Below, in pieces: positions 1-8,390 of a DNA stretch of 17,512 nucleotides (positions are counted from its first letter, which is position 1; each line of letters opens with the position of its first letter). Location: assembly GCA_050178385.1 (NCBI GenBank), contig JBFXGD010000010.1, positions 27,321 through 44,832 of the forward strand, written 5' to 3'. Position numbers and translations under genes: made by a program. Source of the stretch: Calditrichaceae bacterium (lineage in GTDB: Bacteria > Calditrichota > Calditrichia > Calditrichales > JBFXGD01). The notes beneath the pieces are model-generated. The model had not been told where the DNA came from. It made no database searches and saw only the letters and a list, made by a program, of their open reading frames with translations.

Positions 1-1
1 T

Positions 2-106
2 TGTTTGGCTCGGGTTTGGTTTTATAAAACAGTTACTGAAGAGGGAAAAGAGAGTAAACTGAATTTGGAAATTAAAATCAGTTTAAAAATTTTAAATTCC
101 ACCTGA
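2..106 (+). CDS. Possible 3' end of a gene entering from the left
   Basis: Frame is open from the edge to TGA 104-106 (CLARVWFYKTVTEEGKESKLNLEIKISLKILNST). No recognisable motif. Confidence 0.25.
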   Translation, partial: CLARVWFYKTVTEEGKESKLNLEIKISLKILNST

Positions 107-426
107 CACAGTAGTTTAATTATATGTTTGTTTCGGTAGTGTCAATACCCAAAATGATAATTATATAAACTGATAAACTGCCTGACAATGAGAAAACGGA
201 TTATCTGGTTTTCAGAGTATTAGAGATTCATCCAGATCATTCTTAGGCTTTTTAATTCGCGGGCAGTTGAAACCTGTCTTGGTCTTTGGCCGGCCCGGAG
301 ATGAATATCCAACATTTTGGTATGACTTTGATCGTTATATTAATACCGCGATTAACAAGTTAGCTGCTAAAAACGGTCAGGCGTGTCATTTTAGTATAAC
401 ACACTGACTGAATTTCTTCGTCGGCG

Positions 427-951
427 TTATGGTTTTCGTTTCAACTCCCATTTCCAGATCAGACCATCATCAGGATCGTTAATTTCTTCCACTTTTTCAA
501 ATCTGCATTTCGTGAGGACTTTTATTGAAGCATTTACTTCACCCAATGTATGGGCGACTATTACCTTAACTCTTTTGTCAGCAAAAGCATTTGAAATCAA
601 CCCTTCTGTCATTTCAGTAGCAAGGCCATTATTGCGGTAATCAGGCGCGATTTCATATCCGAGTTCAACTGTTCCCGTTTCTGTTGGTCTGCCCTTGTAA
701 CCACCACTTCCGATGAGCATATTGTCTTGTTTGTGAATTGGAAAGTATGTCCACCAACCATCATCTTCCGGACTCTCCGCGAGTCTGTCTAATGAATACT
801 TTAGCGCGGCGACCCCGAATTCCGTCCAATTGTCCGCTATATTTACCCCGAGAAATTTTGCCAGTTTCTCATTGCCGTCAATCGCGTTCTTTAGAATTTC
901 ACTATTACACGGAATAAGATTAAGGTTCTTTGTTTCAATAGAAATATTCAT
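427..951 (-). CDS. GNAT family N-acetyltransferase (RimJ/RimL-like)
   Basis: ORF 427..1005 has the motifs IGSGGYKG-P---GTVELGYEIAPDYRNNGLATE and HTL---NASIKVLTKCRF typical of RimJ/RimL GNATs. The start was moved to ATG 951 (MNISIETKNL), because the 1005 start overlaps the upstream gene and IETKNLNLIP is the usual N-terminus. Confidence 0.9.
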   Translation of the reverse strand: MNISIETKNLNLIPCNSEILKNAIDGNEKLAKFLGVNIADNWTEFGVAALKYSLDRLAESPEDDGWWTYFPIHKQDNMLIGSGGYKGRPTETGTVELGYEIAPDYRNNGLATEMTEGLISNAFADKRVKVIVAHTLGEVNASIKVLTKCRFEKVEEINDPDDGLIWKWELKRKP

Positions 952-991
952 CTCGTCTTTAGATTTATTCTCTTCAGCGGTTGCTGCTGTA

Positions 992-3169
992 TTAAACCAA
1001 TACATTTTCGAATTCAGAGTCGGCGCAGAAAACTGCTGAAATTCGTGATTGATTTACAATTTTCACCATGTCCTCAATTTTCATTCCCTGCTCAATGGGA
1101 AAAATATTTACATCGGTATTTCTCTCTTTACTGACGTTCTCCAGTAAACCGCCCTGTTTTAAGACAATTGAAGTATTTTTGGGAAATCTAACCATGGTAT
1201 GCAAATCTTCGATATCTGTTTCGGTAAATATTAATTCCGGATTGTTGTTCAGAATGTGAACATCAATCGTTCCTTTCCAGTTCCTGCAGATTAACAGCGA
1301 AATCAGAGAGGACAGATTATTGTTTCTTACACTGAATGTTGCCTTCCAGTCTGCGGGAATATTTGTCATCCATAAACTGATACTTTTTTCGATGGCCAGA
1401 CTAGCGGTAGAAAAAGGAATGTATATGATCATTCCAAAATTATTCTTCCTGGTATCGGACATAAGTTGGTCATAATAGGATAAATTGGAAGTTGTCGAAT
1501 CAATACTTGCAAAAATTATATTTGGTTTAAAAAAAGCGGCGTTGAGTGATTGCATGCTTACATTAACGGTCGTATTAAAATCATTATTGTCGATTACCGT
1601 ATATGAGACAGATAAATCACTTTCTTTAAACTTTTTGACTGCATTTTTGAGAAAGTTTTCAATATTTTTTTGCTCAGTTTCATTTTCATTTCTAAGAGCT
1701 AATATTTTAACGGAACCCTGGGGATAAATAATTGAATGGATAAGTTTGAATGAACTTCGGAGTTCCTTGGGCATTGTGACCGGAATTAACAAGTCGGGAC
1801 GCCATGATCTGACTTCTCTTTCCTGTCGCAGGCTATTGGTTTTTTTTGTGGCCCACTCTGCTAAAGCGGTAAACAGACCGCTCCGGGAGTCTCCCGCGGC
1901 CGATTTAATATTCATTTTCACCAGGTACAGGTAGAATATCACGATAAATATCAACGAAAACAAAGCGATAATAACATTCAATACAAACATTATAGCGATC
2001 GAACCAAGAGCGCCGATGGTGGGGACAAAAACCGGAATCTTTAGGGTTGGTCTGTAACTGGGCAATCCTAAGGTTTGCTCAACAAGGGCAACGATGTTTA
2101 CCATAGCATAAGTAATCATAAAAAACATGGTAAGCAGTGGAGCAATCGTATTTAAATTTCTTAATGAAATACCCAATAGAACGATGGCGGCTGTTATAAA
2201 CATTGCGTTAAACGGCTCGCCTCGTTTTGAAGTTTTTGCCAATTCCTGACTTCTCGGTAAAATGTTCTTTTCTCCCAGGGCCAGTAATATTCGGGGAGCG
2301 CCGACAAACGATCCGAGAGCCGATGAAAGAGTGGCGCCTAAAAGTCCTGCTAATACAATTGGACTAAACAACGATTTGTCGATAAAAACATTGTAATTTT
2401 CAACCAGTTCGGCTGGCGAGGCAATAACCGCGGCAACAAATATCAAGCTGATATAAATGATTGTTGTAATGATTACCGATGAGATGGTCCCAAGTGGAAT
2501 ACTCTTTCGCGGATTGGTAAGGTCACCCGACATGTTCGCTCCGGCCATGACGCCTGTAACTGCCGGGAAAAAGACCGCAAATACGCTCCAAAAAGAAGAA
2601 CCGCCAAAGTCGTTTTCAATAGAACCGGGATATTCACCTATCCATTGAATATTATAATTTAATTCAGTAACAAATAGCGTCCCGTATATGGACACCAGGG
2701 ATAATACGATCACTCCCAAAATGAAATATTGAATTTTAAATGCAAAACTGGTGCTGATAAAAGCGATACCCATAACGAGGGCAAAGATACCCAAATCGAG
2801 GATTAAGGGATTAATGTCGGGGGTAAGTGTTTGCAGTCCTTCCCGGAATCCAAAAATATACATAGCAACCGCAATGGCCTGAGCAAAATAGAATGGAATC
2901 CCGATTGCCCCGCCAATTTCTAAACCGAGAGATTGCGAGATCAGACTGAAGGCGCCACCGCTGCCGATTCTTATATTTGTTGTGATAGAAGATAAGCTGA
3001 GTGCTGTTGTAAGAGTAATGGCGACAGATATCAAAACTATGGTCAAGGCTCCTAATACACCCGCGTTTCCGACAACCCAAGGCTGACGGATATACATAAT
3101 GACACCCAGGATGGTCAGCGTCGTTGGCGTAAATACGCCTGCAAATGTCCCAAAAGTCTTCTTAGTCAT
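992..3169 (-). CDS. Amino acid permease / cation-chloride cotransporter (SLC12/CCC family) homolog
   Basis: 725 aa with about 12 hydrophobic segments. It carries GTFAGVFTPT-LTILGVIMYIR-PWVVG-AG (TM1), GGAFSLISQSLGLEIGGAIG, FAVFFPAVTGVMAGANMSGDL (CCC TM6 motif), and WRP at the start of a ~270-aa soluble C-terminal domain. Confidence 0.88.
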   Translation of the reverse strand: MTKKTFGTFAGVFTPTTLTILGVIMYIRQPWVVGNAGVLGALTIVLISVAITLTTALSLSSITTNIRIGSGGAFSLISQSLGLEIGGAIGIPFYFAQAIAVAMYIFGFREGLQTLTPDINPLILDLGIFALVMGIAFISTSFAFKIQYFILGVIVLSLVSIYGTLFVTELNYNIQWIGEYPGSIENDFGGSSFWSVFAVFFPAVTGVMAGANMSGDLTNPRKSIPLGTISSVIITTIIYISLIFVAAVIASPAELVENYNVFIDKSLFSPIVLAGLLGATLSSALGSFVGAPRILLALGEKNILPRSQELAKTSKRGEPFNAMFITAAIVLLGISLRNLNTIAPLLTMFFMITYAMVNIVALVEQTLGLPSYRPTLKIPVFVPTIGALGSIAIMFVLNVIIALFSLIFIVIFYLYLVKMNIKSAAGDSRSGLFTALAEWATKKTNSLRQEREVRSWRPDLLIPVTMPKELRSSFKLIHSIIYPQGSVKILALRNENETEQKNIENFLKNAVKKFKESDLSVSYTVIDNNDFNTTVNVSMQSLNAAFFKPNIIFASIDSTTSNLSYYDQLMSDTRKNNFGMIIYIPFSTASLAIEKSISLWMTNIPADWKATFSVRNNNLSSLISLLICRNWKGTIDVHILNNNPELIFTETDIEDLHTMVRFPKNTSIVLKQGGLLENVSKERNTDVNIFPIEQGMKIEDMVKIVNQSRISAVFCADSEFENVLV

Positions 3170-3581
3170 AATCTCTGTTTCTTTTTTGGTCAGATTTATG
3201 TTTTCAAAATCATCGCATTTTCCATTTTTTCATACTCATTGTTGATCTATTGTACCAATCCTACCAAATTTGCGGAATATAAACAATTGAATAAAAATTT
3301 CTTTTTCCGGTCCCGAAGCAGTCGGCATCATAAGTGTATTCCAAAACCACTTTTTGTTTGTTTTCTTAAAACCGGCATGAGATGGATCCGGAAAATGAGC
3401 TGATATCTATATAAAGCAAAATCAACTGTCTCTGTATTTTAGATGATTGAAGCAAGAAGACAAAAGATGCAATAAATGCGGTAATATTATAAACAAATGG
3501 AATGAAATTTTCAAGGACGTTTTTATATGCCGGCGGACGTTGGAATCCTTCCCCATCACTAATTGACCCGCCCTGTCGTTC

Positions 3582-3652
3582 TTCGACCCGTCCGGGGACG
3601 AACGCATTTTTGCTAAACACGTTTCTATAAACTTTTGAAGCTGTTGGCGTCA
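3582..3652 (-). repeat. REP-like hairpin doublet, copy 1
   Basis: Minus strand: degenerate hairpin, TTTATAGAAA, 21 nt, then CGTCCCCGGACGGGTCGAA. Same layout and spacing as 14383-14451. Confidence 0.6.
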
Positions 3653-3667
3653 GTCAAACATGGCCAT

Positions 3668-4187
3668 TCCCACTTCCTACTTCTCTCTTTTATCTTTTAT
3701 CTTTTTTTATCCTTCTTTCCCATTTGATCATCTTCATTGTCTGAACTTTGATTTGCCTGATTAAATGATTACTCTGATTTCAATCCCTACCCAGGTCACG
3801 AGCATCGCGACACTACTCCTAACTCTTAACTCATAACGTTCTTACTTCAGTCAAAGCATGCTGTGGCTCTTCTCTTTTATCTTTTTTCTTTTATCTTTTT
3901 TCTTATCCTTCCCACTTCCTACTTTTCTTCTCCCTACTTTTTGAATGGCCAAAAAGTAGCAAAAAGCCCTGGTGAATTTTAACTCGTGATACATATTTCA
4001 ATTTTTCTGACTCATCCACTCGAACAGAAAATTCGCCCCTAAGAATCTTTTTTCCTCAATCCTTCCGTGATTGACAATGGCTTACAGCATGCTGTGGCTC
4101 TTCTCTTTTTTCTTTTATCTTTTTTCTTTTATCTTATCCTTCCTACTTCCTACTTCTCTCTTTTATCTTTTTCCCCTTCCATCTTCC
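3668..4187 (-). repeat. Composite intergenic repeat locus A (heptamer arrays plus hairpin modules)
   Basis: Pyrimidine-rich 7-mer arrays (CTTTTAT/CTTTTTT, TCCTACT/TCCCACT, CTCTTAA/CTCATAA) interspersed with palindromic modules. Segments 3712-3878, 3880-3924, 4024-4047 and 4092-4135 match the reverse complement of segments in 14242-14919. Confidence 0.92.
3934..3959. repeat. Perfect 10-bp stem hairpin CTACTTTTTG-aatggc-CAAAAAGTAG
   Basis: Direct inspection of the sequence. Confidence 0.8.
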
Positions 4188-4215
4188 TGCGTCTTTTTTT
4201 GATCTCGTTCGTCTA
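4188..4215 (+). promoter_or_regulatory. Putative ECF-sigma-type promoter of arsM (TGCGTC-N16-CGTCTA)
   Basis: CGTC-containing -10-like element with a 16-nt T-rich spacer, 40 nt upstream of the arsM ATG. RBS AAGGAG at about 4239-4244. Confidence 0.4.
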
Positions 4216-4254
4216 TAAGTATAGATATTAAAAATCAGAAAGGAGATTTTAGAT

Positions 4255-5043
4255 ATGAATGAACAAAGTAATGACAAAGTCAGACAGGCGGTCAGGGATA
4301 ATTACGGAAATATCGCTTCGTCCTGCTGCGCTCCCTCATCATGCTGTCAGCCGGAGGATGACAAATTGGCGACAAGAGATAATTCGGAACAGCTTGGATA
4401 TTCAGCCGAAGAGCTAGCCATGCTGCCCGAAGGGGCTGATCTGGGGCTTGGGTGTGGAAATCCGCGGGCTATAGCCGGTCTCAAGCCGGGTGAAACGGTT
4501 ATTGACCTTGGCAGCGGCGCGGGAATTGACTGCTTTCTTGCCGCGGGGGCGGTCGGTGCTACCGGCTATGTGATTGGTGTGGATATGACCCCGGAAATGA
4601 TCAGCAAGGCACGAGAGAATGCCGAAAAGATCAAAGCCGGCAATATTGTTTTTCGTCTTGGTGAAATCGAAAATTTACCGGTTGCCGATCAGACCGCGGA
4701 TGTGATTATCTCCAACTGCGTGATCAATTTATCCCCGGATAAACAGCGTGTGTTTATGGAAGCATTCCGCGTTCTGAAACCGGGCGGGCGACTCGCCGTT
4801 TCTGATATAGTGGCCACGGCCCCTCTGCCGGATAATATCAAATCGGATCTTGCTCTGTACACGGGATGCATTTCAGGGGCCGCTTTCATTGACGATCTGA
4901 AAGATATGATGGCAAAGGCCGGTTTTTTAAATATCCGGATTAAGCCGAAAGATGAGAGTAAGTCATTTATCAGGGAATGGGTTCCGGGGAAGGAAATTGA
5001 AGACTTCGTGGTCTCCGCCACGATTGAAGCCGTAAAGCCTTAA
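4255..5043 (+). CDS. arsM: Arsenite S-adenosylmethionine methyltransferase
   Basis: N-terminal CC pairs ([10 protein letters not shown]), [11 protein letters not shown] motif [33 protein letters not shown] and C-terminal SATIEAVKP. Strong RBS. Confidence 0.95.
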   Translation: MNEQSNDKVRQAVRDNYGNIASSCCAPSSCCQPEDDKLATRDNSEQLGYSAEELAMLPEGADLGLGCGNPRAIAGLKPGETVIDLGSGAGIDCFLAAGAVGATGYVIGVDMTPEMISKARENAEKIKAGNIVFRLGEIENLPVADQTADVIISNCVINLSPDKQRVFMEAFRVLKPGGRLAVSDIVATAPLPDNIKSDLALYTGCISGAAFIDDLKDMMAKAGFLNIRIKPKDESKSFIREWVPGKEIEDFVVSATIEAVKP

Positions 5044-5053
5044 AATATAAAAC

Positions 5054-5070
5054 TGGTCAGAAACTGACCA
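5054..5070 (+). terminator. Hairpin downstream of arsM (TGGTCAG-aaa-CTGACCA)
   Basis: Perfect 7-bp stem 10 nt after the stop codon. No U-tract, so terminator function is uncertain. Confidence 0.35.
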
Positions 5071-5260
5071 CCCGGATGTAATAATTCATGTGCCCATATA
5101 AGGAGTCGAATCTCCTTTATGTGATAACTCCATGGAATTAAGGGATTGAGATTGGGATCAAGGATGATTCCCTTTTTCAGTCCTTTTTTATTTTCTCCTA
5201 CCGCTCATTTAATTTTTTATGAAACTTTTTTAACTTTCTCCACTATATTTAACTTGTCAG

Positions 5261-7903
5261 ATGTTAAAAAGTACGGAGCCGCACTTGTTTCGTGTTCATA
5301 CTCGTTTTATTCAGTTTACCGCAAATTTAAAACAGGAAAAAAACCACGCTTACCGGTGGCTTTTTTTTATATCAGGATGGATCATCTCATTTTATATTTT
5401 GACCGGATCGTTTGCTGATTCATCTGATCTGTGGCCGCTGACACTGCTTATTCACGTATATTTCTGGTACCATCTCAATAAAAAAATAATAGTCAAATTT
5501 CATCCGCCGGTTGAATTTCTGCTTATAATGATCCTGTTTCTCTATGGGATCGAATATTTGTTGCTGAATACTGTCACAGCGGTATCGGGATTATCTGCGC
5601 ATTTTAGCGGTCTTCAGATATTTTTACAGAAATTTGTTTTGGCGTTTATTGTTTTATTCTTTGGTTTACTGATTGTAGAAAACACACGGAAAAATGAACG
5701 CGAAATCGAAAAGGATGATTTACAGGAGTCGAAATTTTCCGGTATAAAACAGGGCATACTAATCGGATATTTCTTTCTCGGGCTGCTCGCGCATTCGGTT
5801 GTTTTTTATGATCACATCTATTATTTATATCTGTTTCAATTTTTGCTTTTTGCCGTCCTGCTCAAGAGAACGGTCTGGCTTGAAAGTCTTACAAAAATTG
5901 AATTGTGGATATATTTTCTGATTTTTGTGATTCTTTTTATCGTATTCATGGATGATTCCATATACCGGCGACTGAAACCTGAAATTGTCACCAATAAAGT
6001 TATGTTTTTCAGTATTCCTTATTATTTATATCTTCTGATAAAAATATATTTGCTGGCGCTGATCATCAAAATACCGGTCGTTCTGGTTTATAATCATGCC
6101 GGATTATCCAGAAAGCTGCAAATATCGGGTTTGTTCCAATCCACATTTCCACAACTTATCCAGATGGTGACATTGCTGACCCTGTTCTATTTTTTTATTT
6201 CAGGGTGGCAGGCCCAGAATTTACGAAAAACCATTCATCACGAAATGGGGCAGATCGCCTCCGGGAAAAAGGTTTCCGGTCATGATTACCCGGTATATTC
6301 ATTTCCCCGTATTCCATCTTCCATCAGCCTGAAGGGGTATCAGCCACGACCATTCTATGTGGGAAATCCCGATACGGGTATATTGGCGTTTACTCCTGTG
6401 GATACATCGGGGCGAGGGGATGATTATTTTCTGTATTTCGCGTCCTCCGATACATTTTCCGCCTCATTTCACCTTGTGAAGTTGGATACGGCTTTTATCA
6501 AAAGAATCTCGGAACATATTTCGCTTTTTGCCGGCACGGGAATTCTCGCCTATGTTTACAAGCCCAACCTTTTCCGCGAGACACTGTATAAATTTGATTT
6601 TTGGCAGGGTGACCACGAGATTAAAATCTTCCCTTTTGGGATTTTATCCAATAATCTGAATCAGGCCACATGGTCTGAAATCGATGAAAATGACCGGGAC
6701 TATGAAACAAATGCGTTGGCCTTTCATGAAAATTATTTTCCCCGTCATTTTATCATCGGAGAGCTTTTTCTTCCGGTTATAGGCAGTGACAATGAACAGT
6801 CGGCATACTTCGCGTTTGATATCTATCTGTCCGTGATGGACAGCCGCATCGGGAAAGTGATGGTCCGGATCATCTTGCTGTTATTTGGTATCTATCTTCT
6901 TTTCAATTCCTTCATCACCCGCCGCGTTATCAAATTTGGTTCCGAGATTAACGGTATTATTGTCAGGAAATTTGATCAGCTTAAGACGGGTATCCGTGAA
7001 ATATCCTCGGGGAATCTTGATTATAAGGTTATTCTGGAAGGTGAAGATGAATTTGTTGAACTGGCGGACCGTTTCAATAGAATGGGATCAAGATTAAAAG
7101 AAACCATCGAGGCCGCCAGGGAGAAAGACCGCCTGGATCAGGAGCTTAAAATCGCCCGTGATGTGCAGCTTAGTCTTCTTCCCAAAAGCTTGCCGGATGT
7201 TCAGGGATATAAGATTGTTGCTGATCTGAAAACAGCCACTGAAGTTGGCGGGGATTTTTATGATCTTTTATCGCTGGACGAGAATCATTTTCTCTTTGCC
7301 ATTGGTGATGTTTCAGGAAAGGGATCTTCCGCGGCTTTCTATATGGCGCAATTTATGAGTCTGCTGAGGTATTCAGCGCAGTTTACGGTAAAGCCGGCGG
7401 AGATCGCGCAGCGGCTTAATGAATATTTTGCCAATCATATCAACGATAAACAGATTTTTGTCACCGCCATCATCGGACTGATAGATTTGGAGAAACAAAC
7501 CCTGAGCTTTATCCGCGCGGGTCACACAAAACCTTATCTGGTGCCGGCAGACGCTGCGGGTATGATCGCGGAAATTGATCAGCCGGGACTGGGTATCGGT
7601 CTTACAAATTCAAAGCAGATATTCAAAAAATCCTTAAGAACGGTCGAAATTAGTCTGCAGACGGATGATATGCTGGTTCTCTACACGGATGGTGTGGTGG
7701 AAGCCGCGCGTCCCGCTGAAACATCAGACGATGAGGCGGACACTTTAACATACGGGGATGAGCGTTTCAGGAAAAACCTGGAAGGATTAAGAGGGGCGGA
7801 CGCGAATAAAGTTCTCCGGAAAATCAAAGATGAGCTGGACGGATTTTATGGTGAAAACCTGCGTGTGGATGATCATACAATTATGATTATTCAAAAAAAC
7901 TGA
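5261..7903 (+). CDS. Membrane-bound HAMP + SpoIIE/RsbU-type PP2C Ser/Thr phosphatase
   Basis: Multiple N-terminal TM helices, a ~220-aa soluble region and a TM helix. These are followed by HAMP (ISSGNLDYKV--EGEDEFVELADRFNRM), ELKIARDVQLSLLP, EVGGDFYD, IGDVSGKG, RAGH, LYTDGVVEA and DDHTIMII. The exact start is uncertain. Confidence 0.92.
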   Translation: MLKSTEPHLFRVHTRFIQFTANLKQEKNHAYRWLFFISGWIISFYILTGSFADSSDLWPLTLLIHVYFWYHLNKKIIVKFHPPVEFLLIMILFLYGIEYLLLNTVTAVSGLSAHFSGLQIFLQKFVLAFIVLFFGLLIVENTRKNEREIEKDDLQESKFSGIKQGILIGYFFLGLLAHSVVFYDHIYYLYLFQFLLFAVLLKRTVWLESLTKIELWIYFLIFVILFIVFMDDSIYRRLKPEIVTNKVMFFSIPYYLYLLIKIYLLALIIKIPVVLVYNHAGLSRKLQISGLFQSTFPQLIQMVTLLTLFYFFISGWQAQNLRKTIHHEMGQIASGKKVSGHDYPVYSFPRIPSSISLKGYQPRPFYVGNPDTGILAFTPVDTSGRGDDYFLYFASSDTFSASFHLVKLDTAFIKRISEHISLFAGTGILAYVYKPNLFRETLYKFDFWQGDHEIKIFPFGILSNNLNQATWSEIDENDRDYETNALAFHENYFPRHFIIGELFLPVIGSDNEQSAYFAFDIYLSVMDSRIGKVMVRIILLLFGIYLLFNSFITRRVIKFGSEINGIIVRKFDQLKTGIREISSGNLDYKVILEGEDEFVELADRFNRMGSRLKETIEAAREKDRLDQELKIARDVQLSLLPKSLPDVQGYKIVADLKTATEVGGDFYDLLSLDENHFLFAIGDVSGKGSSAAFYMAQFMSLLRYSAQFTVKPAEIAQRLNEYFANHINDKQIFVTAIIGLIDLEKQTLSFIRAGHTKPYLVPADAAGMIAEIDQPGLGIGLTNSKQIFKKSLRTVEISLQTDDMLVLYTDGVVEAARPAETSDDEADTLTYGDERFRKNLEGLRGADANKVLRKIKDELDGFYGENLRVDDHTIMIIQKN

Positions 7904-7932
7904 TCACCGGTCATGATTAACCGGAATCAGTT
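7898..7932 (+). terminator. Hairpin overlapping the PP2C stop codon
   Basis: AACTGAT-ca-CCGGT...ACCGG-a-ATCAGTT imperfect stem followed by AT-rich sequence. Confidence 0.35.
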
Positions 7933-8051
7933 CATTTATTGATTCTTTTCATAGATATATTCATCTTATCATTAAAAAAAGAATTTTTCTGAATTATATT
8001 CAGAGTGATCATAAAGAGATACTGAACATAAAATGCCGGAAAGGTATTGGA

Positions 8052-8369
8052 ATGGAGTGGATTTATTTGTTTATCGCGGGTTTGTTTGAAACCGCCTGGG
8101 CCATCAGTATGAAATATTCGGATGGATTTTCAAAATTCTGGCCGACTGTTATTACCGCTGTAACCATGCTGATCAGTATCCTGTTTCTGGCAAAAGCGTT
8201 AAAAGGCCTCCCCGTCGGCACCGCCTATGCGGTATGGACAGGAATCGGAGCAGTTGGTACGGTTATTCTCGGCATTATATTTTTTAATGAATCAACACAT
8301 ATACTGCGTTTATTTTTCATCCTGCTGATCATTTTAGGCATTATCGGTCTGAAAGTTGTTTCCGGTTAA
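8052..8369 (+). CDS. sugE: SMR family transporter, SugE/Gdx (guanidinium exporter) subtype
   Basis: 105 aa with 4 TMs. W3, G10, E13, W16, KYSDGF and LPVGTAYAVWTGIGAVG are SugE/Gdx signatures. Confidence 0.9.
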   Translation: MEWIYLFIAGLFETAWAISMKYSDGFSKFWPTVITAVTMLISILFLAKALKGLPVGTAYAVWTGIGAVGTVILGIIFFNESTHILRLFFILLIILGIIGLKVVSG

Positions 8370-8390
8370 GGAATGCAGGATTAGCCATCA

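Noticed and set aside
394..432. Integron attC site after the GNAT gene (CCATAAC...GTTATAC on the minus strand, stop codon within TAAC)
   Set aside because: Only about 39 bp, shorter than functional attC sites. There are no convincing L boxes and no integrase in the window.
3528..3605. tRNA or SRP-like RNA in the GC-rich patch
   Set aside because: No cloverleaf or SRP motif. The patch is better explained by the REP-like doublet.
3366..3620. ORFs 3366..3620 and 3422..3607
   Set aside because: They begin inside a repeat element, lack an RBS and show no recognisable protein features.
7898..7932. Guanidine riboswitch upstream of sugE
   Set aside because: A single hairpin overlapping the upstream stop codon. 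It lacks ACGR loops or a complementary kissing loop and terminator.
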